The position numbers and the translations under genes are program-made. Below are positions 12,891 to 25,379 of a stretch of DNA of 64,000 bases, piece after piece; the stretch's first letter is position 1; every line of letters starts with the position of its first letter. Source of the DNA: Takakia lepidozioides (Eukaryota; Plantae; Bryophyta); assembly GCA_030704615.1 (NCBI GenBank), contig CM060732.1, forward strand, positions 80,042,001 through 80,106,000. Reading direction: 5' to 3'. Below the pieces are notes generated by a model, which was not told the origin of the DNA, made no database searches, and saw only the letters and a list, made by a program, of their open reading frames with translations.

Positions 12891-14973
12891 CGTTGCAGAA
12901 TGAAACGAGGGTGCAAGGACAATGAGCGACAGAAAAGACTCACCCTAAGCAATAAGAGGACACAGAACGGATGGAAACACCGTAGCAAGTGAGAACCTCA
13001 CCGAGCCGATGAACTTCGAGTTGTTACGAAGGCGAGCGTGTTTGCGACGCTTCGCGGCTCACCGCGACTCTCCACACCTAGGGAAGAACGGCCGTCTTTC
13101 GTTACAGTGATGGAAACGCAAAGAGGAAAACAAAACAATGCGAAGAAACAGGCGCGAAGAGAATGGAGTCGATCGCACAGGGAACATGAGAAGAAAGTAG
13201 AAGTAGATGGGGGAAAACGGACATGGCACTGCCAACGTGGCGCGATTTCACAGGCGCCAACTATCCACCGTCATCGCATTGAATACGTCCACCGAACGAA
13301 CGCATCGTACTAAATTCATCCACGGTCCTCGCACGTGCAGCAGACTCATTTCCCATCGGGCCGAGAGTCCACTGGACCGCCAGTCCAACGGACTTGCTGA
13401 GGCGAAGCGGCTTCATATTGGAGGCACTTCCTTGCCAGCGGAATGAAGACAAAAGAGAGTAAGGGGAGAACAGGAAAGTCGAACACACCCATTGCAAACA
13501 GACTCGCGGCACAACAGACTGATGCATGCACAGTCCAACAGACTGATATCCATAGAGGAGAACTGTCCAGCAGACAGACGTTTCGCCAGACTGGCGGGAG
13601 AACAAGCCAAAAGATTGACTGGAGGGAAAATAAGAAGCCAAACAGACTTAGTGCAACAGACTTCCGACACAACAGACTGACAAATTCACAAGTGCGACAG
13701 ACTGATATCCCAACAGATGGACTTCCAGCAGACCGCCTCCAAACTGACTGTTATGCACGCGATAAGGGGAATATCCGGAGCACTGGCGGGCCAGCGGACC
13801 CACTGTGAACAGACTCGCGACACAACGGACCTCAAACATCCACGCGCATTTGAAGATGCAATTGTCTCAGCCTGGTCCGTCTCCTGGCAAATGCGACAAT
13901 GTACCGATTCTGCACCTACTCCCGTCGTGGCTCAAACATCTGCATTCAGCAGGTGCGTGTGGATGTTTGAGGACCTTAGGACTGGATGGTGTTCCGTGAC
14001 GACTCAAATTGCTTTTTTGTGCTGCCATCCTTTATATAATACCATGTGGATCCATCACAAAGCTGGGTTTCTTCAGATTCTCCACCCTTTTGCACAATCT
14101 ATGCACGACGGATGCAAGCCGCTATACTTGGTCACATAAACAGTCCCATCGTCCGATACGAAATCTGCAATACACGCCCCCATGTGCATACGCTTCCGCC
14201 ATTTTCACGCCCATGTTACCCATGGGTTCCTTTAACGAACTAAACTTGTGAAGGCTCTCATGAGGGATGCAGTACGGAGGGGCTAAACGTATCATGACGG
14301 ATCACAAGTAGAGGACGTTATCGACGATAGATGTCCGCATTTTCCATATTTATGACATAGAACCAAACCATAAAACGAAGGTTCCCGAAAGCACAACAAG
14401 AAGGCAAAAATAGTGGAAGCATATGCACGATGGTGGCTGTAGTGCCGAGACAGTCCTCTCATGTTCAAGCACACGCTTCATCATCATCATGAACATCGCG
14501 TGCAAAAAAAGAACAGTCGCGTGTATGGAAACGCCTACCGCAACATCGGACAACAAACAGCCGTCAAAAGAGAGCGGTCGGGATTTGGTGGCAAGATCAT
14601 TGCCATTTTCGCAGCCCTAAAAATGGAGGGCTCTGTCGTGCGCATACATATCGCTACACAACTACATCGCTGTCCAAACCACACCACACATATATGCACA
14701 ATAAAGTAGTCTACCACAATCCCCTAGCTGGTGGATAGGTCCCTCTACCTCCAGATAGCTACAAGACGTAATAGCCATAGCCGTACTAAGTCCTCTATCA
14801 CTGTCCCTATCGTACTCAAACTCTATAGACCAAGAGGCCGGGTACAAGAGTAGCCCCATCGTTAGTCGCCGTCTTGCAATCTGTGAACTTGAGCCAGGAC
14901 TTCGTGTATTCAAGGTATCCTGTAGTTGGGCCTTGCGTTGCTTGTTAGCCTTCCATGGTTGTATCCACTCCCA

Positions 14974-15091
14974 CTATCCAATGCATTGTGGACATAACCA
15001 ATCCCCATCCGGAACCATCTCAAAAGGTGGAGTCAAGCATCCCATATGCCAACCTCTAGAGCATCGATCACACACCAGCATGGTGGCTGCC
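14974..15091 (-). pseudogene. C-terminal half of the PHD finger of the DNMT-bearing retroelement polyprotein
   Basis: Reads AATMLVCDRCSRGWHMGCLTPPFEMVPDGDWLCPQCIG* (TAG at 14974-14976). It is in frame with LRCMLCGSAKG at ~22064-22100 after removing the chromovirus and one TSD copy. Confidence 0.92.
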
Positions 15092-15815
15092 TGTCGCACA
15101 CCTCACTTCGGTAAACTCCCCTTCAAGTCATAGTTACTCGCTTTGATGCGCGCGCCTGACTCCCAACCTGGCCGCCAGGCCAACTTGGAGTTTCGGCTGC
15201 TCACCGGGACATAACGGTCCCCTTCCGCTTCCCTCTAAACCCTCCACCTATTTGGGACTAGGAGAATTCCCTTTGGTAGATGGCAGTCCGGAACAGCTCC
15301 CCACTCTTTGGTCGCTTTCCGGCTCGCTCGCTTACTCACTAGTTTTTGGTCACCAACGGGCTTGCACCGTTCTCGGGGTTACTACTCCCTATATATACTT
15401 CTGTAGCTGTCCGCGGGGGTTTCATAACCAGCCATGCCATTTTATGGCGAACCACCACGAAAACCCTCGACTCCCGGTGGTGAGTCGCGGTGAGTCTTGG
15501 CCCACTCACCGCGGCCCCAATGGACCGTGATGAGTCCCAAGACTCCCCACGACTCCCACCTCGAGGTCTCCACCCCATGGTGAGTCCTATGCCACCCCCA
15601 CTAAGTCCCACTAAGCTACCACCACCCCTTGTGGAGCCACCTCCACCGCAACCCGGTGTGCGGGGCTCCACCTAGTGAGCGCCTCCGCCTCCTTGAGTGC
15701 CTTGGGCACTCAAGGGTGCTTCAGCCCCCCATACCTATCGCCGCCGCTGCCCCCACCACAGGGGCAGCCCCTCATGTGTCCCGACCCCCTGCCCTCAAGG
15801 CAAAGGGCCGCGACA
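15092..15815 (-). repeat. 3' LTR of the chromovirus
   Basis: TGTCGCACAC...GGGCCGCGACA. Near-identical to 21340-22063 (two mismatches seen by eye). Confidence 0.97.
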
Positions 15816-15829
15816 CACACCCCTACCAA
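15816..15829 (-). promoter_or_regulatory. Putative polypurine tract
   Basis: The minus strand reads TTGGTAGGGGTGTG immediately before the 3' LTR. Confidence 0.55.
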
Positions 15830-16721
15830 CAGGGAGTCGATGTCCTCATCGACTTGTCCATTTTGTAGAAACGAACATCCAAGTTGTGGCGTCCCACATC
15901 AAGGAGTTTGTTTCCGTACCATGGCGTCCCATGGCAAAGAACCAAACCCCACACTTGACTCCACTCTCCACTAGCTAGTTCGGCCGACTTCCTCCAAGTC
16001 CCGGCCAAGGGTGGAGCCTCTCCAGCTCCTCCCAGTGCACTCTTCTTGGCCTACTTCAAGGCCAAGGAACGATCCTCCCCGAGGATCGAATCGCCTTACT
16101 GCAACAACATTGCTTGCGATCGCTCATGATGCCGCTTTTGGCATCACCTTGAGCAAGGGTTCACCTGAAACCCTCTTTGACTAGGAAGATAACCTTGAAC
16201 CAACCGTGCGCCCCAATCACTACAATTGGGTCCGCCTTGGAATGCTGGCCTGAGGTACGGGAACACGCCGAAGCCGCACTACGACTTCGTCCCGAGGCTA
16301 CACGATTATAGTACGTGAACGGAAGCACGTAGCTTCCGCGTTAGCCCGCACTACAAGGCAACCCCCTCGGTAGCGCAGTTATAGTACGCGCACGCGCCAG
16401 GTGCGCACTAGCACTTGAACTCCCAAATAAGGCGCAAGTTTCCTTGCCCCTTGGATGGGAGTCACCCGATTTCGGCACTGCGCAAACACACGATTAACCC
16501 AATTTACCTCTCCCACTTTTGTAAGCTAGCATGCATTCTACACACCAGCCAACCACACCATGCATCACCATTCCAAACACAATAGGACGCACAATATTTG
16601 GAACCCATTTCCTTTATCACAAATTTTTGTACAATACAAGTTTTTGCAATCGGATTCCTGAGCTAGCTAAACCGGGCTAAGCATGCATTTCCTCCCCCAC
16701 GCTCCAAGGTTGATGTCCCCA

Positions 16722-19700
16722 TCAACGCTTCTTCCGCTTTTGAGGTCGCCCTTCGAACGCTGCAACTGCCTCGGATGCGTTTCCCATTTCTGAGGCACGC
16801 ACCCAAGATGCCTCCACAAGATGATAGCCCTTCCATTTGACGAGATACTCCGTTTCTCGGTTCTTGAACCTCCTCGACTTAAGTATTGCCTCCACCTCGT
16901 ACTCGGGTTCATTTTCATGATCCAACAGCATAGGTGGCGGACGCAACACTTGCTGCCGATTCGGACGTGCTTCATCTTTGAAGTAAGGCTTCAAAAGGGA
17001 GACATGGAATACTGGGTGCACCTTGCTGTTTGCTGGCAGCTCCAATTCATACACATCCTCATTCATAACCCTCCGAATGCGAAAGGGACCCGCATACGGA
17101 GGTACGAACTTCGGACTCATTTCCGGAGGTAGTCGAAAATTCTTGATGTTCAACCAGACCTCTGTGCCTGCCTCAAACTTCACTTCCCTCCGCTTCCGAT
17201 TCGCCTGCCTTTCATACCGTTTCCTAGCTTTGGCAATGTTGTACTTTGCGAGCTTCAACAAACGCTCGCGTTCTTCCAGTACCGCCGCTACTGCCGGTTC
17301 CTCAACGTCCTGGGCGGCCCAACTTGTCGGCACCAGAGGTGCTTTTCCATAGACCAACACAAAAGGGGAAACTCCCGTCGCGGAGTGTTCTGTGTTATTA
17401 TAACAGAACTCTGCCGCGTCTAAGTGTTCCATCCAGTCTGATTGGTCTGCCGACACGTAATTCCGCAAGAATTGCTTCACTACGGAATTCACTCTTTCCG
17501 TTTGGCCGTCCGTCGTAGGTCGGAAGGCGGTGCTCATCTTCAGCCTCGTCCCCATCTTCTTCCAAAGTGCTCTCCAGAATTTACTCGTAAACTTTGGGTC
17601 GCGGTCCGAGACAATATCCTTCGGGACTCCATGATGCTTTAAGACGTGGGCGAAGTAAAGTCGCCCTGTCTCCTGCGCAGTTGCCGTCTCCTTGGTGGGG
17701 ATGAAATGGGCCATTTTACTGAACCTATCTACCACCACCATGATTGCATCGAATCCTTTTGACAGCGGCATAGCAGTCATGAAATCCATCGAGACGCTTT
17801 CCCAAGTCCCCTCTGGAATCGGCAAGGGTTGTAACAGCCCCGCTTGCTTTTTATACTCGCTCCGGTTTTGTTGGCATGTGGTGCATGTCTTTACATACTC
17901 CTCTGCCTCCTCCCTCAGTTTGGGCCAGAAATACTCTTTCTTCAAGAGTGCCGCAGTGCGCTTGGCTCCACCGTGGCCCGCAAGCGGGCTATCATGGCAT
18001 TCTCTCAAGAGACTATCCCTGATCCCTCCCTTTGGCACATAGAGACGTTTTTGCTTATACCGGAGCAGTCCGTTTTGCAAGTGGAACTGCGATTTAACCC
18101 CCATTCTCAAGTTCTGCATCACGCACTTTGCCAGCTCATCCTTCCGGCAAGCCTTCCGGATCTTCCTTTGGAGCGCCGTCTCGCCCTTGTACACCAACAA
18201 GAGCTGCTGCTTTCTACTTAAAGCATCGGCCACCACATTGTCCCGTCCCGGTTTGTACTGGATATCCACGTCGAACACTGCCAAAGTATCTTGCCACCTA
18301 AGTTGTTTTGGGGACAACTTGGGCTGCGTGGCAAAATACTTCACCGTGACATTGTCCGTGAACACCTTCACTGGGTTGGAACCAACATAGTGGCGCCAGA
18401 GTTCAAGGCAATGTACCACCGCCTTCATCTCTTTTTCGTGCGTCGGCCACCGTCGCTCCACTTCATTCAGTTTCTTACTTTCGTAAGCCACTGGACGTCC
18501 ATCTTGCATAAGTACACCCCCAATTGCGAAGTCCGATGCATCTGTATGAATCTCAAACGGACGATCGAACTCCGGGATTTTTAAGACTGGAGCTTCCGTC
18601 ATCCGCTGCTTCAATTCAGCAAAAGCTTGGCCACAAAATGTGTTCCATACCCAGACTTTGGATTTACACAGAAGGTCCGACAGCGGCCCCGCGATCTTGG
18701 CGAAATTTCTCACATACTTCCGGTAATAGGAGGCGAGTCCTAGGAAGGATCGCACTCCCGGGACCGAAGTCGGAGGCTCCCAGTCCAAGATCGCCCTCAC
18801 CTTTCTGTCATCCATTTTGATCCCATCCTGTGTAATCACGTGCCCCAAGAACTCCACTTTTGTGACCCCGAATTCGCACTTTGAAGCTTTGGCATACAGC
18901 TTCCCTTCTCGCAATTTTTGGAACACCCTTTTGAGGTGCTCCAGGTGCTCCTCCTTTGTTTTCGAGTACACCAAGATGTCGTCGATGTACACGATCACAA
19001 AGTCATCCAACCACTCCTGGAAAAGGCTGTTCATCAGCGTGCTAAATGTCGCTGGTGCATTGGTGAGCCCAAAAGGCATCACCAAGAACTCATATGAACC
19101 ATACCTTGTCCTGCACGCGGTCTTCTCCTCATCTCCTTCCGCCACCCGAATTTGGTGATAGCCGGAGCGCAAGTCGATCCGGCTGAAATACTTCGCTCCT
19201 GCCAACCGATCGAAGAGGTCGTCGATCCTTGGCAAAGGGTACCGGTTTTTGATAGTCACCTTATTCAGAGCCCTGTAATCGACACACATCCGCAGCGTCC
19301 CATCCTTCTTGTCTGCAAATAGCACCGGGGCTCCGTAAGGTGACTTACTCGGCCGGATGTACCCCTTTGACATTAGATCTTTGAGCTGAGTCTTCAGCTC
19401 GACCAACTCTTTGTGGCTCAACCGGTAGGGCGCCTTGGCAGGCGGTTCCGATCCCGGTATCACCTCAATTTTGTGGTCAACTCCTCTTCGCGGTGGCAAG
19501 CCGCTTGGTAAATCCTCCGGCATCACATCCTGGTATTTCTCCAAAATCCCCTTGATCCAATCTGGGCTCGGCTCCCCATCGCCTTCTCCTTTCACTTCTC
19601 TAATGTAAAGCAAAAACTGGGACTCGTGTGTCTCCTCCACGGCCCACTCCTTTGCTGATAGAAGGTTTATTCGCCCTCCCACGGATTTGGGCGTTTCCGA

Positions 19701-21284
19701 CACTCGTAAAACCTCGCCACCATTCCCACATGGCAGCGTGACTACTCTCTTGCGGCCATCTATGACCGCTCCGGATTTGCTCAAAAAGGTCATTCCCAAA
19801 ATGAGATCCACTCCATCGATCTCGCAGATAGTGAAGTTCTCACGTCCCTCCCAACTCCCCAGTTGAAGAGGAACATCAAACGCCAACCTTGTCGCCAACT
19901 GAGGTTCTCCTTTGGCAGAGCGCACCTCAATAGAGGCCCCCACGTCACTTGTCGGGAGTCCCAACTTTCGCGCCGCCGCCGGCGTCATGAAGGAGTGCGA
20001 CGCTCCTGTGTCCACCAACAACGACACATTAGTTCCGGATATTATCCCATCCACGAACAATAACTGACTCCCTTTTCGTAAGGCGCCAGTTTCCTGATAC
20101 AACTCACAAGAAAATTTGCCTACCTTGCAAGTCCTGGCGACCACCGCTTCCACCAAGCGACTGATGGTATCTTCCGACAGCTCCGTGGTCGCCCGAGTCA
20201 TGTTCAATTGCCGGGGCTTCGTGCACTTCTTGGCCATGTGCCCGGGCTCCCCGCAATTGAAACACACTCCATCAAAGGTCGCCTTCTGTCCGCCATAAGT
20301 CGCTCCACCCGCTTTTCCTTTCGAAGCACCGGGTGCCGCCTTGACGTGTGAAGGACCTCCCTTCGATTTCCACGTGCCATTTTCGCCGCGTGGCCTATCC
20401 CACTTCTTTTCCGGTCGGGAGGAGTCACCTTCCCGCCGGGTCTTCTTGTGGTTCAGCTCCGTACGGCCTTGTCTCTCACCCCTAGGGACATCCGAGAAAC
20501 ATTCAGCTCTCTCAATTGCCTCGTTCAAAGTCTTGGGTGGCTTCTCCTCCAACTTCCGCCTAGCCCATGGGGCCAGTCCCGCCACAAAGTTGAAGACCAT
20601 TTCTGGTTCTGCCATGTCCGCGACTTCGAGCAACAGCACATTGAAAGCCTGGACATACCCCCGAATGTCATCTGTTTGCTTCAAATTCCTCATCTTGTCC
20701 CGGGCAAGCCAGGATGCGTTGAGGGGCACAAACTGTCTCTTCATCAATTCCTTGAACTCACTCCAGTTCAAGGTTTCCGGGCTTGGGCCTCGGTCGTGAA
20801 GGCGTTTCTGCCACCATTGTTGAGCATAGCCCCTCAAATAGGTGGGAGCCACTTCCACCCGATCCTCGTCACTCAACTTGGCCGCCCGGAAGTACTGCTC
20901 TAGCTCCAGGAGCCAGGTGTTGAGTGCCTTCCGGTTTCGAACGCCCTCGAAGGTGCCGGGTTCCTTAGGCTTCACCTTAAACTTTGCCTTGGTGGAAGTG
21001 GCATTAGCCGCCTTCAACACGTCTTTCAACGTCCCGCCAAACTGCGCCAACAACCCTTCCCAAAAGGCTGCCGGCATGGGAGGCATCTCTTGGTTTGTCG
21101 GAGCTCTCAAAGATTCCTCGGGCTCCGACTCCTCGGATTCCTCCCGCTCCTGAGCGGCCTCGTTTTCGGAAACATTAATCGCTTCCTCAAACGGCCGCCT
21201 CGGTGACACGTCGCCCCCATCGGGCTCACCGGGATCATCATCTTTTGGGCCGTTCCGCTTTCGCTTCGGCTTGCCCGACCCCAT
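16722..21284 (-). CDS. Gag-Pol polyprotein (capsid, CCHC knuckle, protease, RT, RNase H, integrase, chromodomain)
   Basis: [14 protein letters not shown]; [11 protein letters not shown]; MPFGLTNAP and YIDD; TDASD; H-H-C-C and D,D(35)E integrase; YEVEAIL...YLVKWKGY...SW chromodomain. The likely start is MGSGKP at ~21284, because the listed ORF start (21347) overlaps the LTR/PBS. Confidence 0.96.
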   Translation of the reverse strand: MGSGKPKRKRNGPKDDDPGEPDGGDVSPRRPFEEAINVSENEAAQEREESEESEPEESLRAPTNQEMPPMPAAFWEGLLAQFGGTLKDVLKAANATSTKAKFKVKPKEPGTFEGVRNRKALNTWLLELEQYFRAAKLSDEDRVEVAPTYLRGYAQQWWQKRLHDRGPSPETLNWSEFKELMKRQFVPLNASWLARDKMRNLKQTDDIRGYVQAFNVLLLEVADMAEPEMVFNFVAGLAPWARRKLEEKPPKTLNEAIERAECFSDVPRGERQGRTELNHKKTRREGDSSRPEKKWDRPRGENGTWKSKGGPSHVKAAPGASKGKAGGATYGGQKATFDGVCFNCGEPGHMAKKCTKPRQLNMTRATTELSEDTISRLVEAVVARTCKVGKFSCELYQETGALRKGSQLLFVDGIISGTNVSLLVDTGASHSFMTPAAARKLGLPTSDVGASIEVRSAKGEPQLATRLAFDVPLQLGSWEGRENFTICEIDGVDLILGMTFLSKSGAVIDGRKRVVTLPCGNGGEVLRVSETPKSVGGRINLLSAKEWAVEETHESQFLLYIREVKGEGDGEPSPDWIKGILEKYQDVMPEDLPSGLPPRRGVDHKIEVIPGSEPPAKAPYRLSHKELVELKTQLKDLMSKGYIRPSKSPYGAPVLFADKKDGTLRMCVDYRALNKVTIKNRYPLPRIDDLFDRLAGAKYFSRIDLRSGYHQIRVAEGDEEKTACRTRYGSYEFLVMPFGLTNAPATFSTLMNSLFQEWLDDFVIVYIDDILVYSKTKEEHLEHLKRVFQKLREGKLYAKASKCEFGVTKVEFLGHVITQDGIKMDDRKVRAILDWEPPTSVPGVRSFLGLASYYRKYVRNFAKIAGPLSDLLCKSKVWVWNTFCGQAFAELKQRMTEAPVLKIPEFDRPFEIHTDASDFAIGGVLMQDGRPVAYESKKLNEVERRWPTHEKEMKAVVHCLELWRHYVGSNPVKVFTDNVTVKYFATQPKLSPKQLRWQDTLAVFDVDIQYKPGRDNVVADALSRKQQLLLVYKGETALQRKIRKACRKDELAKCVMQNLRMGVKSQFHLQNGLLRYKQKRLYVPKGGIRDSLLRECHDSPLAGHGGAKRTAALLKKEYFWPKLREEAEEYVKTCTTCQQNRSEYKKQAGLLQPLPIPEGTWESVSMDFMTAMPLSKGFDAIMVVVDRFSKMAHFIPTKETATAQETGRLYFAHVLKHHGVPKDIVSDRDPKFTSKFWRALWKKMGTRLKMSTAFRPTTDGQTERVNSVVKQFLRNYVSADQSDWMEHLDAAEFCYNNTEHSATGVSPFVLVYGKAPLVPTSWAAQDVEEPAVAAVLEERERLLKLAKYNIAKARKRYERQANRKRREVKFEAGTEVWLNIKNFRLPPEMSPKFVPPYAGPFRIRRVMNEDVYELELPANSKVHPVFHVSLLKPYFKDEARPNRQQVLRPPPMLLDHENEPEYEVEAILKSRRFKNRETEYLVKWKGYHLVEASWVRASEMGNASEAVAAFEGRPQKRKKR

Positions 21285-21325
21285 GATGAGGCCAATCCCA
21301 AGGACGATCGCGTACTGAACTCTAA

Positions 21326-21337
21326 GCTCTGATACCA
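21326..21337 (-). promoter_or_regulatory. Primer binding site (tRNA-iMet)
   Basis: Minus strand TGGTATCAGAGC, 2 nt after the 5' LTR. Confidence 0.93.
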
Positions 21338-21339
21338 AG

Positions 21340-22063
21340 TGTCGCACACCTCACTTCGGTAAACTCCCCTTCAAGTCATAGTTACTCGCTTTGATGCGCG
21401 CGCCTGACTCCCAACCTGGCCGCCGGGCCAACTTGGAGTTTCGGCTGCTCACCGGGACATAACGGTCCCCTTCCGCTTCCCTCTAAACCCTCCACCTATT
21501 TGGGACTAGGAGAATTCCCTTTGGTAGATGGCAGTCCGGAACAGCTCCCCACTCTTTGGTCGCTTTCCGGCTCGCTCGCTTACTCACTAGTTTTTGGTCA
21601 CCAACGGGCTTGCACCGTTCTCGGGGTTACTACTCCCTATATATACTTCTGTAGCTGTCCGCGGGGGTTTCATAACCAGCCATGCCATTTTATGGCGAAC
21701 CACCACGAAAACCCTCGACTCCCGGTGGTGAGTCGCGGTGAGTCTTGGCCCACTCACCGCGGCCCCAATGGACCGTGATGAGTCCCAAGACTCCCCACGA
21801 CTCCCACCTCGAGGTCTCCACCCCATGGTGAGTCCTATGCCACCCCCACTAAGTCCCACTAAGCTACCACCACCCCTTGTGGAGCCACCTCCACCGCAAC
21901 CCGGTGTGCGGGGCTCCACCTAGTGAGCGCCTCCGCCTCCTTGAGTGCCTTGGGCACTCAAGGGTGCTTCAGCCCCCCATACCTATCGCCGCCGCTGCCC
22001 CCACCACAGGGGCAGCCCCTCATGTGTCCCGACCCCCTGCCCTCAAGGCAAAGGGCCGCAACA
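21340..22063 (-). repeat. 5' LTR of the chromovirus
   Basis: TGTCGCACAC...GGGCCGCAACA, a direct repeat of 15092-15815. Confidence 0.97.
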
Positions 22064-23999
22064 CTGCCCCTTTAGCAGACCCACACAACATGCACCTCAA
22101 ACCAGCAGATACCACTGCCAGGTTTGGGTCAATCCTGCCATCGACATTCGGAAGGTGACATGGCGCACAATTACGCACATGGTCCTTCCAAGTTATGCCA
22201 TCCCGACCCTCCAAGACCAAGACGCCTGAGGGCAAGACCTCTCGAACCCTCAAAATAACACGTCCTGCAGTCACATCCAGGGTCGTAGGAGTAGTCTGCT
22301 GCAGATAGACATAGTCACCAGGGTTGAATCTCCGAACCCCAGGACGATAGCCCCCACCACGTATGGTAGCATACCTCAACGTATCACGGTGTTGTGCAAT
22401 GGCAAGGTTCTCGAAAGCCATGGGCATGACTCTCTTGAACAACTCTGCACGCTGCTCACATGCACGTGCCCACACGTCCGGATCGTCAAGGTTAAGAACT
22501 GTAGCAGCTTCTCTGCGAATGGATGTAGGCAAATCCGGCTCTCGGCCAAAGAGAAGAAAGTATGGTGAGAAGGAGGCAAGTGATGCTTGCTTGCTGAACC
22601 TGTAGCCCATGGCTAACCAGGGTAACTGAAGGTCCTAATCTCCTAGGTGTCCCTTCTGCAAGCCATACTTGCGCAAACCCCTCTTTACTGTCTGAACAAC
22701 TCTCTCTGCCAAGCCATCGGCCTCAGGATGATCCCGAGAAGTGGTGCGGTGGTCTATCAAGGCCTTGTCACACAAAGCCTGAAACTCCCCCAAGAACTCT
22801 CTCCCTTGGTCCGTGAGTACCTCAGCTGGAGCACCGAATCGGCTAAGCACACAATCCAGGAATGCATACGCAGCTCCCTCACTAGCCTTATCAGGCAATG
22901 GAACCAATTCAATCCACTTGGAGAAGTGCTCCACCATCACCAACACGTACTTGTTGTGGCGCATGGTCAGTGGCAACGGCCCTGCGAAGTCAAGACTCCA
23001 CCTGTAGCCCAATCCCATGATCGGAAGAGGGTGTAATTGTGGAGTAGGGGCGTTGAATGAAGCACGCACCCTGTCACACACCATGCACCTAGCCACAAAT
23101 TGTTGCACCTCTGTGTGCATACCACGCCACCAATACTGCCCCTGCAGTAGACTATGAGTGCGTCGCACCCCAAAATGCCCCAACTCCTCATGGGCATGCC
23201 GCACTAACCGTGCCCGCTGTGTTGGGTGAGGCACAATCCTCACTCGACCATCCTCCCACACTCGGAGCAGGTGTGTCCCCTCCCACCTGAACCTCTTGGC
23301 TCGTTGTAGGATCCGATCCCTCTCCTTGGCAGTCATAGTGGCTGCCGTGTCTCCACTGCGGAGGTAGTCCAACACAACTGAATCCTCATGTATATCTTTG
23401 GCGCCACCCTGCTCATTGCTGGCCTCAGGGTCCTCAGACACTTGATCTACAGTCATCCCTGTTGTAGGTCCAACCTGGCCTTCCGCTGCCAAGATACACA
23501 GAAATGCAGATGCATGCCATCCGGGCACCATCTCCTCGTCCGTCTCACCATGCCACCGAGCTCCAGTGTCATCCTGCTGGCTCGTGCATGGATTGCGACT
23601 CAACCCATCTGCATTTCGATTGACCAAACCCGGTCGATGCACCACCTGAAAGTCATACTCTTGAAGGATGAGTGCCCACCGTGCAAGCTTCCCCGTAAGC
23701 TTGTCTGACTCCATCAACCACTTGAGTGGTTGGTGATCCGTGACAAGGGTGAAGAGATTGCCGTATAGATAGCACCTGAAGTGTGCCACGGCCCACACTG
23801 CAGCTAAGCATTCTCCCTCATATGAGCTATACTTAGACTCTGCAGCATTGTTCGAGCGGCTAGCATAAGCCACTACGAACTCTCTTCCCTCATCATCCAC
23901 CTGTGTGAGCACCGCTCCAAGCCCCAGCATGCTCCAATCTGTATGCAGCTGAAAAGGACGCCCCCTGATAGGTCGTCTCAAGATGGGCGCCGAGGTCAA
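22064..23999 (-). pseudogene. RNase H + integrase + start of the PHD finger (DNMT retroelement pol)
   Basis: FQLHTDWS...YASR...ECLAAVWA...TDHQPL...NADGLSR (RNase H). HAHEELGHFG...CMVC, SLDFAGP, LTDQGREF, GLAERVV (integrase). A TAG at 22635-22637 replaces the W of DWD, and the next ORF continues in the same frame. Confidence 0.93.
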
Positions 24000-24990
24000 C
24001 CTCGCCTTGAGCTCTTGAAAGCTTGTTCTTGCTCATCTTCCCACTGCCACTCCTGGTCCACCTTGGTCAGCTTGGTTAGAGCCTTTGCAATGGCACTAAA
24101 TCCCTTAACAAACCGTCTGTAATAGTTTGCTAACCCCATGAAAGCTCGAACTCGGCTCACATCCGTGGGGCGTGGAACCTGTGCAATGGACTCTACCTTA
24201 GTCTGCTGTACCCCAATCCTCCAGGATATATCATGTGACCCAGATACTCAATCTGGTTGTGGAAAAACTTGCACTTGCCCGGATGTAACTTCAATCCGTG
24301 CGTCCTCAAGCGCTCAAATACCCCCTGAAGGTGTCTCTCATGCTCCTCCACCGTAGCACTAAAGATGATGATGTCATCTATGTAGCACCGAGCAAACTCC
24401 ACCCCTGCTAGAATCCTGTCCATGACTCTTTGAAACTCAGCGGGAGCGTTTTTAAGCCCAAATGGTAAGAACCGCCACTGGTATAGGCAATCCTTCCCGT
24501 GCTCATTGATCCCCCAGAATGCCGTCTTTTGCTTATCCGCCTCCTTGATCGGCAACTGGTGATATCCGGATCGTAAATCCAACGTGCTAAAGACCTTGGA
24601 ATGCCCAATGGCATCAAAGATCTCCTCTGGTGTCGGCATGGCATACCTATCGGACTTGGTCTGACGATTTACAGGCCGGTAATCACCGCACATACGTCTC
24701 TCCGTCCAATTGCCATAGACATCCTTCTTAGCTGGCATCACTGTGGCTGAAGCATACTCTCCACCAGAGAGCTCCACCAAACCTGCCTCCCAGAGATCTT
24801 GAGTCCTCATCTGAATCAAAGACCTCTCCATGTCACTGTATCTATAGGGTCTCCGAAAGATTGGCGTGTCAGTGGCCAACTCAATACGGATCTCTTGACC
24901 CTTCAGTGCTCCCAAGTCCTTCAAACTGAAGGCAAAGCAATTCCTGTAAGCCCTCAGGAACCGCCGTATACGTCGTCTCTCTCCTCCGGT
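24000..24990 (-). pseudogene. Reverse transcriptase (DNMT retroelement pol)
   Basis: [54 protein letters not shown]. Frameshifts near 24200 and 24020. Confidence 0.95.
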
Positions 24991-25379
24991 GACAATGGGT
25001 CCAATGTCAGGCTCCCAATTGTCCTCCGTAACTGCAACCTTAAGTCCAGTGGGCTTAGAGGTAGAGGACGCGTCCCGTGGTTGCTATGCTGCAACCTCTT
25101 GAGCAGTACTCCCTTCCTGCTCAGTCAATGACAAGGCCTCATCCTGCCCCATCATCTCATCATTGAGAACCTCCTCATCCCGAGAAGAATCCCCAACCTC
25201 ATCCATCACAGCTGCCTTGGCTGCCAACTCCCTCTGAACCTCGAGCACCTCCCACGTGTGCCATGGATGTCTACACCCCGTGGTCCTCACCGGCTCGCCC
25301 CCACTCGCTGCCTGTACCGTCTCGGTAGGCAGAGAGACCATCAAGGGAAGTGCACTCCGCACTCTACGTTGCTCAGCCA

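Larger units (their letters stand above)
15092..22063 (-). mobile_element. Intact Ty3/Gypsy chromovirus LTR retrotransposon (Galadriel-like)
   Basis: Two 724-bp TG...CA LTRs. 5-bp TSD CTGCC at 15087-15091 and 22064-22068. tRNA-iMet PBS. A single uninterrupted gag-pol ORF with a C-terminal chromodomain. Confidence 0.97.

Noticed and set aside
13990-14270. Decayed minus-strand coding-like stretch (…MAEAYAHGACIADF…)
   Set aside because: Multiple stops and no recognisable family, so a call cannot be supported.
15520-15560. GTGATGAG near hairpins in the LTR as a possible hammerhead ribozyme
   Set aside because: It lacks the CUGAUGA core and a properly placed GAAA with the three stems.
15252-15978. 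Pro/Gly-rich ORFs duplicated at 15.3-15.9 kb and 21.5-22.2 kb
   Set aside because: They lie in the GC-rich LTRs and are duplicated only because the LTRs are. No protein motifs.
16821-21153. Numerous plus-strand ORFs over the chromovirus pol
   Set aside because: Antisense shadows of the long gag-pol ORF.
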